Both the position numbers and the translations under genes were made by a program. A stretch of DNA of 64,000 nt. It comes from an uncultured Candidatus Cloacimonadota bacterium. GTDB taxonomy: Bacteria > Cloacimonadota > Cloacimonadia > Cloacimonadales > WRIO01. Location: assembly GCA_964573665.1 (NCBI GenBank), contig CAZNKI010000002.1, positions 70,526 through 134,525 on the forward strand, in the 5' to 3' direction. The notes beneath the pieces are model-generated. The model ran no database searches and was not told the DNA's origin. It saw only the letters and a program-made list of their open reading frames with translations. Shown here piece after piece: positions 29,296-39,427 of this stretch; the first letter of the stretch is position 1, and each line of letters begins with the position of its first letter.

Positions 29296-29856
29296 CTATG
29301 ACGGCACACTCTTCAAAATTTCGCAATATCTCATTCTTTCTTCCGTGTTTTCAGAGCTTTCCGTGGTAAACACCTCCTTTTTTGTACAGATATCTATTCG
29401 TGCCAAACGATTCAACACATAATAGCCTTTCACCACTGCCAATAGTTTCATCCGAATACATTCAGCCACACTCAGATTCTTTATCAAAGAAAATAAGATC
29501 TCTTTCATCTCATCTGCAGACCGATTACCCAAACCAAATCGACGTACCAATGCATAAACTAACATCAAAAAAACCGCATAAGCACTCATTCCGCGTTTTC
29601 GTAAATGGGGATATCTGCATTTATATAATTGCGCATACCGCCCCATATCTTTTTTAAAACCAGAACTCATCTCTCCATATAGAACTTTGATCATCGCATT
29701 CATCTGTATGATCCGATAATTTTGCTTCTGCATTTCTTTCTTCTTATAGTTCCGACTAATGCAAATGCGACCTTCACGAAACCAAGCCACTCGTAAATCA
29801 TTGATCTTTTTCGGAAAATCAAACTTTGTCTCTGAAAAATAAACCCTCATCTTCAC
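29296..29856 (-). CDS. Hypothetical basic protein
   Basis: 186-aa ORF with strong RBS (GAGGAGGTG) before ATG; K/R-rich N-terminus; flanked by REP-like elements. Confidence 0.6.
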   Translation of the reverse strand: MKMRVYFSETKFDFPKKINDLRVAWFREGRICISRNYKKKEMQKQNYRIIQMNAMIKVLYGEMSSGFKKDMGRYAQLYKCRYPHLRKRGMSAYAVFLMLVYALVRRFGLGNRSADEMKEILFSLIKNLSVAECIRMKLLAVVKGYYVLNRLARIDICTKKEVFTTESSENTEERMRYCEILKSVPS

Positions 29857-29867
29857 CTCCTCACTTT

Positions 29868-29891
29868 GGAGCGTGGACGTCCTCGTCCACG
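29868..29891 (+). repeat. GGAG-tagged REP-like palindrome (family C, perfect stem)
   Basis: GGAG-CGTGGACG-TCCT-CGTCCACG. Confidence 0.8.
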
Positions 29892-30101
29892 TAATAAAAT
29901 CCCAATATCACTATCGAGAATAATGATTTTTCTGAACTTGTCAATAATTATTTTCTACAGGATAGAAATAGACAGCGAGTGAGTCTTGAGTGATTAATCA
30001 GCAGTAATGGATAAGGAATCTCTCCTTAATATATAAACATTTCGACAATCTTTTCTTGACAATTTTCCTTATGAGCACGAAAAATTGACTCAGGAGTTAA
30101 A

Positions 30102-30683
30102 ATGCAACAAAAAATCAGCAAAGCGTCGATTATTAAGAAAACTATTGAAATAATTGAAAGAGATCACGGTACCCAAAATATAACCTTAAGAACTTTAGCC
30201 AGAGCCATGTCCTGTTCACATACAAATCTTTACAATCACATAAAAAACATTGATGACCTATTTTGGAGTACTCTCAATGTCGTCATGATTCAAATGATGG
30301 GTGATGTTCTTTCAGGGATGAAAAATAGTAAAGAAGAAGATTTGATGTCTGCTTTTCTTGATTCGTGGATCAATTTTTGTTTCTCGCATGAAGGTTTATA
30401 TCGTTTAATTTGGATGGAACATCTTCAAGGGGAAATGCCTGAAGAAGTTCAACTAACAGTACAAGAACCTATGAAGAGACTAACAAAACTAATGATTGAA
30501 AAGTACAAAAATATTAAAAATATAGAACATGCGGAAATGATTGCCCATCACATTATTGCTTACACTCACGGAGAAATGAGTATCTTTGTCTCCAATCGCA
30601 GTCAATACAAAGATGAATCAGAAGCTTTTAAGATGATTCACTCCAACACAATGAAAATCTTCAATCTTCTGTTACGAAAGTAA
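30102..30683 (+). CDS. TetR/AcrR-family transcriptional regulator
   Basis: N-terminal HTH 'ITLRTLARAMSCSHTNLYNHIKNIDDL'. Confidence 0.85.
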   Translation: MQQKISKASIIKKTIEIIERDHGTQNITLRTLARAMSCSHTNLYNHIKNIDDLFWSTLNVVMIQMMGDVLSGMKNSKEEDLMSAFLDSWINFCFSHEGLYRLIWMEHLQGEMPEEVQLTVQEPMKRLTKLMIEKYKNIKNIEHAEMIAHHIIAYTHGEMSIFVSNRSQYKDESEAFKMIHSNTMKIFNLLLRK

Positions 30684-30694
30684 AGAGGTAAAAA

Positions 30695-31567
30695 ATGAAT
30701 TTAAATTATGAACTCAAAGTAAACTATAAGAATGACACGCATTTACGACATGAATTGAATAACTTAGCACATGATACTTTCGGCATTGATTTTGAAAAAT
30801 GGTACGAGTATGGCGCATGGGATGAAAGATACGTACCTTACTCATACTTTTTGGATGGAAAAATCATTGCAAATGCTTCTGCGAATATCCTACGATTTAT
30901 TATTAATCATCAGATCATCCCTGTGGTACAGATCGGTACAGTCATGACCAGAGATGAGTTTAGAGGACAGGGTTTAGCTTCAGATTTGATTAAAAAAATA
31001 ATCGACGATTACAAGGATCATACCGAATTAATCTATCTTTTTCCAAATGAAAATGCTATGGATTTTTACAAAAACTTAGGCTTTAAAGAAATCACAGATC
31101 ATCTCTTAAGTTTAAAAATGACGCCAGAAGATCTGAAATATGAGATAAAAAAACTTAACTACCATGAAGATCATGACCGCTTAATGATTCAAGATCTGAT
31201 CAATAAAAACAAGTATTACAGTCAGAAGTTTTCTGTACTTGATCATCAGGCGATCAGCAATTGGTATTGCATCAACATCTTAGGCGATTGTATTTGCTAT
31301 TGTGAGGCTTTAAAAGCACTGATCCTTGCAAAAGTTAAAGATCATACACTTCATGTTTATGATATTATTTCTGAAGAATGTTTCTCTCTTGAACTGCTCA
31401 AATCGATTGATTTCAAAGATGATTATGATCAAATCAAAATTTACTTCACTCCTTTGGAGCATGACGATCTTGATTTTGAGACCTTACCCAATGAAGCAAT
31501 GATGGTCTATTCAGCCCACTGTCTCAAGGATCTGATTTTTGCTCATCCAATGACGGCTCAGGCATAA
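30695..31567 (+). CDS. GNAT-family N-acetyltransferase
   Basis: 'QIGTVMTRDEFRGQGLA' acetyl-CoA-binding motif; 'FYKNLGF'. Confidence 0.88.
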   Translation: MNLNYELKVNYKNDTHLRHELNNLAHDTFGIDFEKWYEYGAWDERYVPYSYFLDGKIIANASANILRFIINHQIIPVVQIGTVMTRDEFRGQGLASDLIKKIIDDYKDHTELIYLFPNENAMDFYKNLGFKEITDHLLSLKMTPEDLKYEIKKLNYHEDHDRLMIQDLINKNKYYSQKFSVLDHQAISNWYCINILGDCICYCEALKALILAKVKDHTLHVYDIISEECFSLELLKSIDFKDDYDQIKIYFTPLEHDDLDFETLPNEAMMVYSAHCLKDLIFAHPMTAQA

Positions 31568-31671
31568 TAACACTTTATTTTTCTAAAGATTAAAAAAAAT
31601 CCTTTTGCTTGACTTTTATAGAGTATAAAAAAATGATGCGTTAACTAATAGAAGTAGCAAAAGGAAAATGA

Positions 31672-33495
31672 ATGCAGAAAATAAAAAATATTGCAATTAT
31701 TGCCCATGTAGATCATGGTAAAACAACGCTTGTTGATGTCATGCTGAGACAAGCAGGGGTCTTCCGCGAAAATGAAAAAGTCGCTGAAAGAGTCATGGAC
31801 TCAAATGATATTGAAAAAGAACGCGGAATTACAATCTTCTCAAAAAACGCCTCTTTATTCTATAAAGATTATAAAATTAATATTGTCGATACCCCAGGTC
31901 ATGCTGATTTTGGCGGTGAAGTCCAACGAATTATGAAAATGGTCGACTCTGTGTTACTTTTGGTCGATGCTTTTGAAGGACCAATGCCTCAAACCAAATA
32001 TGTGCTCAAGAATTCTCTTGAATTAGGCTTGAGACCGATCGTAGTGATTAATAAAATCGATCGTCCTAATGCTCGTCCGCATGTCGTACTGGATATGATT
32101 TTTGACCTTTTTATTGAATTGAATGCAAGTGATGAACAACTCGATTTCCCTGTGATCTATGCTTCAGCAAAAGAAGGTTATGCCGTGAATGAGATTGATC
32201 AGGAAGCAAAGGATATTATTCCTTTACTCGATATGATTGTCAAAGAAGTGCCTGATACAGAAGGTGATGTCAATCAACCACTGCAAATGCTCGTATCTGC
32301 TATTGAATATGATAATTATTTAGGCAAAATGGGTACTGGAAAAATCTGCAACGGTACAATTTCTCAGGGACAAGAAGTCATGCTGATGAAACGAAACGAA
32401 GATCGACTCATCTATCGTGTCAGTAAGATCTTTACCTTTGAAGGCTTACAGAAGATTGAACTCAAAACTGCTTATGCAGGCGATATCGTTTCAATTGCTG
32501 GACTTGAACAAATCGACGTTGGTGAAACTGTCGCAGATAAAGAAAATCCTGTTCAACTTCCAATTATTCATATTGATGAACCCACTCTCGCGATGGAATT
32601 TCTGATCAACGATTCACCCTTTATGGGAAGATCAGGGAAATGGGTCACCTCAAATAAAATATATGAACGTCTACAAAAAGAATTGCAAACCAATATATCA
32701 CTGGTTGTCGAAAGAACTGATTCAGCAGATACCTTTATCGTAAAGGGGAGAGGTGAATTGCAATTGTCAATTCTCATGGAAAATATGCGACGAGAAGGCT
32801 ACGAATTTCAGGTGTCAAAACCAAAAGTAATTCTGAAAGAAATTGATGGAAAACTGATGGAACCTATGGAATTAGCCGTCATTGATGTTTCAGAAGAATT
32901 TGTCGGAACTGTCATCGAATTAATCGGTAATCGTAAGGGCGAAATGCTCAATATGACGGCTGCTGTTGATGGCTATTCACGACTTGAATTCAAAGTGCCA
33001 GCAAGAGGTCTGATCGGTTTTCGTAATGAGTTCCTTACCGAGACTCGCGGTACAGGTATCCTCAATCAATGTTTCTATAATTTTGAAGAATATAAAGGTG
33101 AAATTGGCACTTCCAAACATGGTTCTTTGATCGCTATGGAAAACGGTGTGGCTTTAGGTTATTCCTTGAATAACTTCCAGCCAAGAGGAATATTATTCAT
33201 TCACCCAAATACTGAAGTTTATGCTGGAATGATTGTCGGTGAACATACCAAAGACTCTGACCTTGTGATCAATGTCTGTAAAGGTAAAAAACTCACTAAT
33301 ATGCGCGCCTCAGGAAATGATGATGCCATCAAACTGATCCCACCGCGTATCTTCACTCTGGAACTCGCTCTTGAATATATTGGGGATGATGAACTGCTGG
33401 AAGTGACTCCTGATAATTTACGCATGAGAAAGAAGATCCTCAATCATACCGAAAGAAAAAGATTTGATAACAAAATGGAAAAACTAGACGCATAA
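31672..33495 (+). CDS. typA: Translational GTPase TypA/BipA
   Basis: 'IAIIAHVDHGKTTLVD', 'DTPGHADFGGEV', 'NKID', 'GRGELQL', 'RGLIGFRNEFLT.TRG'. Confidence 0.97.
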   Translation: MQKIKNIAIIAHVDHGKTTLVDVMLRQAGVFRENEKVAERVMDSNDIEKERGITIFSKNASLFYKDYKINIVDTPGHADFGGEVQRIMKMVDSVLLLVDAFEGPMPQTKYVLKNSLELGLRPIVVINKIDRPNARPHVVLDMIFDLFIELNASDEQLDFPVIYASAKEGYAVNEIDQEAKDIIPLLDMIVKEVPDTEGDVNQPLQMLVSAIEYDNYLGKMGTGKICNGTISQGQEVMLMKRNEDRLIYRVSKIFTFEGLQKIELKTAYAGDIVSIAGLEQIDVGETVADKENPVQLPIIHIDEPTLAMEFLINDSPFMGRSGKWVTSNKIYERLQKELQTNISLVVERTDSADTFIVKGRGELQLSILMENMRREGYEFQVSKPKVILKEIDGKLMEPMELAVIDVSEEFVGTVIELIGNRKGEMLNMTAAVDGYSRLEFKVPARGLIGFRNEFLTETRGTGILNQCFYNFEEYKGEIGTSKHGSLIAMENGVALGYSLNNFQPRGILFIHPNTEVYAGMIVGEHTKDSDLVINVCKGKKLTNMRASGNDDAIKLIPPRIFTLELALEYIGDDELLEVTPDNLRMRKKILNHTERKRFDNKMEKLDA

Positions 33496-33514
33496 AGATA
33501 TACTTTCGTAAATA

Positions 33515-33670
33515 TTCGTTCTGCAAACATCCCTGTTTGCAGACTTTTTTTTGTCCATGCATCATTGTTTGAAGTTATTTTCGTTCTGCAAACATCCCTG
33601 TTTGCAGATTTTTTATATCCATGCATCATTGCTTGTTTTATTTTCGTTCTGCAAACATCCCTGTTTGCAG
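33515..33670 (+). repeat. Tandem array of three identical 28-bp TTCGTT-tagged hairpins (family F)
   Basis: TTCGTTCTGCAAACATCCCTGTTTGCAG at 33515, 33580 and 33643; the 37- and 35-bp linkers resemble each other (TCCATGCATCATTG). Confidence 0.9.
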
Positions 33671-33717
33671 CTCTTGATTACATAGAGACTCCGATTGATC
33701 ACGACAAAATTTTTTGA

Positions 33718-33746
33718 TTGACAATCATGATCATTCTTGTTACTCT
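33718..33746 (+). promoter_or_regulatory. Sigma70-like promoter
   Basis: TTGACA-17 nt-TACTCT upstream of the DUF899 gene. Confidence 0.55.
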
Positions 33747-33766
33747 TTAAAAAAAGGGGGATGAAC

Positions 33767-34348
33767 ATGAGTGATAAAAGACTGGTCATGGTAAGTAAAA
33801 TATTACAGGAACTTCAGGAAGAAATCTATAATAAAAAGAAAGAATATTACAATTTAGCAAAACAATTGCCTTTAATTGAAATAGATGATTATCTTTTTAA
33901 GGATATTGATAATAATGACGTGAAACTAAGTGAATTGTTCAAAGATAAGGATCAGTTAATCGTTGTACATAATATGGGACAATCCTGCCCTTACTGCACG
34001 ATGTGGGCTGATGGTTTCAATGGTGTTTTTCATCATATCGAATCTCAGGCAGCTTTTGTTGTCGTGAGTCCTGACCCTGTCGATAACATGAAGAAATTCT
34101 ATAATGAAAAATCATGGAAATTTAAATTGCTTTCCTGTGCCTCAAATACATTTAAAGCCGACCTGGCATTTGAAAATAATGATAAAGAATTGATACCTGG
34201 CGTTTCTACATTCAGAAAGGAAAATGATAAGATCTTTATTACTTCGTCTCTGCACTTTGGACCAGGTGATGATTTTTGCTCAGTCTGGTATTTCTTTGAT
34301 TTACTTCATCACAAAGATGATGATTGGATGCCAAAACATAGGTATTAA
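33767..34348 (+). CDS. DUF899-family thioredoxin-like protein
   Basis: 'LSELFKDKDQLIVVHNMGQSCPYCTMWADGFNG', 'PGVSTFRK', 'PGDDFCSVWYFFDLL'. Confidence 0.85.
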   Translation: MSDKRLVMVSKILQELQEEIYNKKKEYYNLAKQLPLIEIDDYLFKDIDNNDVKLSELFKDKDQLIVVHNMGQSCPYCTMWADGFNGVFHHIESQAAFVVVSPDPVDNMKKFYNEKSWKFKLLSCASNTFKADLAFENNDKELIPGVSTFRKENDKIFITSSLHFGPGDDFCSVWYFFDLLHHKDDDWMPKHRY

Positions 34349-34526
34349 GGGGAATTTATTCAACAAATTAATCGATGTGATTAATCCTCATGTAATAGTT
34401 ATCAATTCTTACTGTTATTTATAATGACAAGTAAAAGTCAATGATAATAAGCTTCAAGATTTTCTATTGACGCTTTTCAATGATTTTTAATAATGTCATA
34501 AATTATACAAATATTTAGGAGGAATA

Positions 34527-35045
34527 ATGAAAAAAATAATCATTTTAATCTCAATCTTAACTGTATTGATCGGAGCTTTAGCTGCTCAAACTGTGAAAAT
34601 TGCATATATTGACAGTGAAAAAATAATGAAAGAATCAAAAGATACTCAGGAAGCTCAAAAACTTTTCCAAAAAGATAGAGAAGGTTGGACTAAACAGGTC
34701 AATGATGTTGATGCTGAAATAACAAGACTTGAAAATGACTATAATACAAAAAAATTAACCTTATCTGCTGCTGGTAAAAAACAGGCTGAAGAAAAAATTG
34801 AACAGAAAAAAACTGAACGTAAAGAATTAGTTGAAAGCATCTTTGGTGAAAACGGACGCGCTGCTGCTCGTAATGCTGAATTGCTTCAACCCATCATGGC
34901 TAAATTAAGATTGATTATCGAAAAAGTATCTGTTGAACAAAACTATTCGATGATTTTTGATGCGACCAGCGCAGGAATTATTTGGGCTCAACCTAAACTT
35001 GATATTACAGAATCTATTATTTTGGAAATGAATAAAACGGAATAA
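34527..35045 (+). CDS. skp: OmpH/Skp periplasmic chaperone
   Basis: Signal peptide; '[10 protein letters not shown]', coiled-coil body, 'MIFD', 'LDITE.II'; lies upstream of lpxD. Confidence 0.88.
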   Translation: MKKIIILISILTVLIGALAAQTVKIAYIDSEKIMKESKDTQEAQKLFQKDREGWTKQVNDVDAEITRLENDYNTKKLTLSAAGKKQAEEKIEQKKTERKELVESIFGENGRAAARNAELLQPIMAKLRLIIEKVSVEQNYSMIFDATSAGIIWAQPKLDITESIILEMNKTE

Positions 35046-35047
35046 GT

Positions 35048-36082
35048 ATGAAGCTCTTCAAATCAGCTTTGACTTTAGAAAAGATCAATCAATTTGTTCA
35101 GGGTAAATTATCGGTTTCTACTGATAGATTGTTTACCAACGTCGCTGAGCTCCATGAAGCCAATGAACACTCTGTCTGTTTTTATGAAAATGAAAAGTAT
35201 CTGCATCAGGCTGAACAGAGTAAAGCGGGATTAATCATCCTTCCAGAGGGTGTTGTATTAAAAAATGATGCGATTAAGCTTGCCGTTTCAAAGCCCTACT
35301 TCTCATTCATGACTTTAGTGAGTATTTGGCTCAGTATTGATACAAAAAATAGAGTTAACAAGATCTCCGAGCATTGCTCAATTGCAAGCTCTGCTCAGAT
35401 CGGAAACAATGTCTCGATTGCAGATTATGTTGTTATCGAAGAAGGTGTTTCTATTGGAGATCATACGATCATTGAAGCGAATTGTGTCATTAAAGAAAAT
35501 ACAAAAGTTGGGCAATCTTGCCACTTATTCCCCAATGTGACAATCTATCATGACTGCATCGTTGGAAACAACGTGAGTATTCATGCCGGATCAGTGATCG
35601 GTGCAGATGGTTTTGGCTATTTATTGCTCAATGGTCAACAGATCAAGATCCCTCAAGTAGGGAATGTTGTGATCGAGAATGATGTCGAAATAGGCGCAAA
35701 TACTTGTATTGACCGAGCAACGATTGGCACAACTCTGATTAAGTCAGGTGCGAAAATCGATAATCTGGTACAGATTGGTCATAATTGCTCAGTTGATGAA
35801 CATTCAATCATTTGTGCTCAAGTAGGACTCGCAGGTAATTCGAATTTAGGAAAATATGTCTATCTCGGCGGACAAGTTGGCGTCGGTGGACATTTAAAGA
35901 TTGATGACCAAACAATGGTCGGCGCTCAATCTGGAGTCGCTTCTTCAATCAAAACAGGCAAATATTTTGGAAGTCCAGTCATGCCTTTGACGCAACAGCT
36001 TAGAGTGAGCGCGTGCTTAAAGGACTTGCCCGAAATTCATAAATATGTAAAGAAATTGATGAGAGAAAATGATGGAAAATAA
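35048..36082 (+). CDS. lpxD: UDP-3-O-(3-hydroxyacyl)glucosamine N-acyltransferase
   Basis: '[10 protein letters not shown]', '[21 protein letters not shown]', '[11 protein letters not shown]'. Confidence 0.96.
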   Translation: MKLFKSALTLEKINQFVQGKLSVSTDRLFTNVAELHEANEHSVCFYENEKYLHQAEQSKAGLIILPEGVVLKNDAIKLAVSKPYFSFMTLVSIWLSIDTKNRVNKISEHCSIASSAQIGNNVSIADYVVIEEGVSIGDHTIIEANCVIKENTKVGQSCHLFPNVTIYHDCIVGNNVSIHAGSVIGADGFGYLLLNGQQIKIPQVGNVVIENDVEIGANTCIDRATIGTTLIKSGAKIDNLVQIGHNCSVDEHSIICAQVGLAGNSNLGKYVYLGGQVGVGGHLKIDDQTMVGAQSGVASSIKTGKYFGSPVMPLTQQLRVSACLKDLPEIHKYVKKLMRENDGK

Positions 36083-37463
36083 ACAAACAATTGCCGGTCA
36101 AATATCCTTTACAGGCGTTGGCTTACACTTAGGTGAAATTACTACAATTACTTTTAAACCTGCTGAACCCAATGAAGGAATCGTTTTTGTCAGAGTAGAT
36201 CTGCCAGATCAGCCTGAATTCCCTGCTGATATTGACCATGTTCTGGATATATCAAGAGGTACTACACTCGGAATTAAAGGAAAAGCGTCAGTTGCTACCG
36301 TTGAACATGTCTTATCTGCAATAAAAGGTCTTAGAATTGATAATATACGCTGTGAAGTGAACGGACCTGAAGTGCCCGTTGCTGATGGCTCTGCAATTAT
36401 GTTTTTAAGACTGCTCAAAGAAGTTGGATTGGTCGAACAAGATGCAGAACGCGTTTACTTTGAACTCACTGAACCTATCTCTTTTTCTGCACCGGAAGAT
36501 AATGTGGATATCGTGATTGTTCCTTCGAATGAACTAAAAATTACCTTTATGGTTGAATACCAGCATAAAAACCTTGGAACACAATATACATGGCTTCCTT
36601 CACTGGAATATTTTGAAAAGGAATTTGCTCCAGCCAGAACTTTCTGCTTCTTACATGAAATCCTTGCCCTTAAAGAACATGGCTTAATCAAAGGTGGTTC
36701 ACTCACCAATGCTTTAGTCGTGTCTGATCCAGATAAAGATAAAGAAGAAATTGAACGTTTAAGAAAAATGTTTGATTACACTAAAGAAATTCAAACTAAT
36801 GAATATGGTCTTCTTAACACCACCGATTTAAGATTTTATAATGAATTTGTGCGCCATAAAGTCGTAGATCTGATTGGTGATATCGCTCTTCTGGGTATGC
36901 CAATCAAAGGTCATATCTTAGCTGCTCGATCAGGACATAAAACGAATGTCGAATTAGTAAAAAAACTCAAACAGATATTAAAGAAACAGGAATTACAAAA
37001 AATATATCAAAAGAAGAAATCAACTGAAGTGGTTTTTGATATCAATGCGATTATGAAAATATTACCTCATAGATATCCATTCCTACTGGTAGATAAAATC
37101 GTAAGTTTTGTTCCTGGTGAAAGTATTACCGGGATAAAAAATGTGACGATTAATGAGCCCTTCTTCCAAGGTCATTTCCCTGAACATCCTGTGATGCCAG
37201 GTGTGCTTATTGTTGAAGCAATGGCTCAAACAGGAGGTATTATGCTCCTGAATACGATGCCAAATCCCCAAGACTTCGTCGCTTACTTTGCTTCAATTGA
37301 TAATGTGAAATTTAGAAAACCAGTAATGCCTGGTGATACCTTACGCTTTGAGTTAAAAGCAATCTCAATGAAAACCTTTATAACTAAAATGCACGGTGAT
37401 GCTTATGTCGGCGATGAAAAAGTGTGTGAAGGTGATTTCTTAGCGAAAGTCGTTAAAAAATAG
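36069..37463 (+). CDS. lpxC: Bifunctional LpxC deacetylase / FabZ dehydratase
   Basis: LpxC motifs 'TVEHVLSA', 'P..DGSA', 'ARTF', 'HKVVDLIGD', fused to FabZ '[11 protein letters not shown]', '[20 protein letters not shown]'. Confidence 0.95.
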   Translation: MMENKQTIAGQISFTGVGLHLGEITTITFKPAEPNEGIVFVRVDLPDQPEFPADIDHVLDISRGTTLGIKGKASVATVEHVLSAIKGLRIDNIRCEVNGPEVPVADGSAIMFLRLLKEVGLVEQDAERVYFELTEPISFSAPEDNVDIVIVPSNELKITFMVEYQHKNLGTQYTWLPSLEYFEKEFAPARTFCFLHEILALKEHGLIKGGSLTNALVVSDPDKDKEEIERLRKMFDYTKEIQTNEYGLLNTTDLRFYNEFVRHKVVDLIGDIALLGMPIKGHILAARSGHKTNVELVKKLKQILKKQELQKIYQKKKSTEVVFDINAIMKILPHRYPFLLVDKIVSFVPGESITGIKNVTINEPFFQGHFPEHPVMPGVLIVEAMAQTGGIMLLNTMPNPQDFVAYFASIDNVKFRKPVMPGDTLRFELKAISMKTFITKMHGDAYVGDEKVCEGDFLAKVVKK

Positions 37464-37471
37464 AGGTGATA

Positions 37472-38260
37472 ATGAAAGAAATTCATTCAACTGCAATCGT
37501 TCATCCTAACGCTAAAATAGGCGAAAATGTAAAGATTGGTCCTTATTGTATTATTGGTGAAAATGTTGAGCTCGGAGATGAAAATACATTAATCTCTCAT
37601 GTCGTCATTGATGGGCATACAAAGATTGGGAAAAAAAATACATTCTTCCCCTTCTGCTCAATAGGACTTGCTCCTCAGGATTTAAAATATGATGGTGAGC
37701 CTACTCGTGTTGTGATTGGTGATCAAAATCATATCAGAGAATGTGTGACGATTCACCGCTCTGCAAACCTAAATGAAGATACTACACTTGGCTCAAATTG
37801 CTTAATTATGGCTTATGCGCATATCGCTCATAATTGTCATGTCGGAAACAATGTCATCCTGGCAAATTCTGTCAATTTAGCAGGTCATGTTCATATTCAT
37901 GACTTTGTGACAATCGGTGGCGTCAGCGCTGTTCATCAGTTTGTAAAAATTGGTACTCATGCCTTTATTGGCGGTACTTCAGGCGTCAAGAAAGATATCC
38001 CGCCATATACTCGTGGTCAAGGAATGGGACACTATAAAATTGTCGGTCTAAATAGTGTTGGCTTAAGCAGAAAAGGTTTTTCTAATGATGTGATTGAAGG
38101 TATCAAAAAAGTTTATCGCTTATTCTATACCTCAAATATGAATGTAAGCCAGGCTTTAGAAGTTGCCCTTAAAATTGAAAACCCAACTCCTGAACAAGAA
38201 AACTTTATCAAGTTCGTACAGAACTCTGAAAGAGGTATTACTCGGTACGGAAAAGATTAA
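37472..38260 (+). CDS. lpxA: Acyl-ACP--UDP-N-acetylglucosamine O-acyltransferase
   Basis: 'IHSTAIV', 'PQDLKY', 'RECVTIHR', 'MAYAHIAHNC', 'VHQF', 'GLN..GL.R.GF'. Confidence 0.96.
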   Translation: MKEIHSTAIVHPNAKIGENVKIGPYCIIGENVELGDENTLISHVVIDGHTKIGKKNTFFPFCSIGLAPQDLKYDGEPTRVVIGDQNHIRECVTIHRSANLNEDTTLGSNCLIMAYAHIAHNCHVGNNVILANSVNLAGHVHIHDFVTIGGVSAVHQFVKIGTHAFIGGTSGVKKDIPPYTRGQGMGHYKIVGLNSVGLSRKGFSNDVIEGIKKVYRLFYTSNMNVSQALEVALKIENPTPEQENFIKFVQNSERGITRYGKD

Positions 38261-38282
38261 TTAATACATTTTTTTTGAAATT

Positions 38283-38310
38283 AAGAGCAGATATTCTCTG
38301 CTCTTTTTTT
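38283..38310 (+). terminator. Intrinsic terminator after lpxA
   Basis: AAGAGCAGA-TATTC-TCTGCTCTT followed by a T run. Confidence 0.75.
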
Positions 38311-38353
38311 ATTGGTACAATTTCTGCATTATCATCTGACAAGGAGAATATTT

Positions 38354-39427
38354 ATGAAAAAATTAATCTATTTTATACCACTATTTCTCATTTTACTTGT
38401 TTCTTGTACAAAACAGAACCACCCCTTAGCCACCGATGTAACTGCAGATATGTCAGTTTCATTAAATCTTAGTCCTGCTTATGATCATGGTTTTTTTATT
38501 AGCAAAGTTCAGGTAAACATCAGAAAAGATGCTTTTCAGGATTCTATGTTTCTATTAATCAATGAACAAACGCAAATTGCTCAAGGTACATTTGAAAATC
38601 TGATCCCTGGTGAATATCTGATCACCGTAAAGGCTTATGAAGGTTATTTATTCATTGCCTCAGGTCAAGGTTATGCCACTGTTCAAGGTGGAGAAAACAA
38701 TACGGTAAATATTGATTTACAATTAGTTAATGGCGGTTTAGCGATAATCATTGATTGGAATGATTGGGAGTATGTATTACCTCAAAAACTGCTTTTTATA
38801 GGTAATAGCTATACTTATGCCAGTAATGGTCTGTGGAATATTGTTAAAGGTCTGTATCTCGCTGATTTCCCTATTGGAAATTTACAGGTAAGTCAGGTCA
38901 CGCATGGAGGATATACTCTTCAAGATCACTATGACAGTCAGGAAACATGTAATGCCATTGATCAAACAAAAGCCAATTATGTGATCTTACAGGAGCAAAG
39001 CCAAAGGCCTGTTTATGATCCAATAGCCTTCTATGATGCTGTAAGATTGTTGAATGTTTTGATTAACAGAGTAGGCTCAAAAACTGCACTTTACATGACC
39101 CATGCAAGAGAATATGACCCAGGAATGATCGATGGTTTAAACCTTGCCTATACTTCAATTGCTCAGGAATTGAATATCAAATCATGCCCGGCAGGTTTAG
39201 CCTGGTCAAATGTGACTCAAAATTACCCAAATATTTCTTTGTATGAATCAGATGGATCTCATCCAAATTTTCGAGGATCATACCTCAATGCTTGCGTGAT
39301 ATATGCAGTGTTATTCCGTAAAAATCCTATAGGAAATACCTATATTAATGATAGTGTAATTACGAATGAAGAAAAGATGATCTTACAAAGTGTCGCCTGG
39401 CAAACTGTTTGTGAGTATTATCACTGA
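38354..39427 (+). CDS. Lipoprotein with an N-terminal Ig-like domain and a C-terminal SGNH hydrolase domain
   Basis: ATG 38354 after AAGGAG; lipobox 'LVSC'; 'LFIGNSYT', 'ILQEQS', 'DGSHP..RGSYLNA'. Confidence 0.75.
   Translation: MKKLIYFIPLFLILLVSCTKQNHPLATDVTADMSVSLNLSPAYDHGFFISKVQVNIRKDAFQDSMFLLINEQTQIAQGTFENLIPGEYLITVKAYEGYLFIASGQGYATVQGGENNTVNIDLQLVNGGLAIIIDWNDWEYVLPQKLLFIGNSYTYASNGLWNIVKGLYLADFPIGNLQVSQVTHGGYTLQDHYDSQETCNAIDQTKANYVILQEQSQRPVYDPIAFYDAVRLLNVLINRVGSKTALYMTHAREYDPGMIDGLNLAYTSIAQELNIKSCPAGLAWSNVTQNYPNISLYESDGSHPNFRGSYLNACVIYAVLFRKNPIGNTYINDSVITNEEKMILQSVAWQTVCEYYH

Noticed and set aside
29951-29965. 15-bp direct repeat TTTTCTACAGGATAG, also at 56919..56933
   Set aside because: Only two short AT-rich copies with no extended similarity; cannot be distinguished from chance or a decayed repeat.
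33515-33670. CRISPR array
   Set aside because: Only three repeats, the two spacers are homologous, the same hairpin family is dispersed elsewhere, and no cas genes are in the window.
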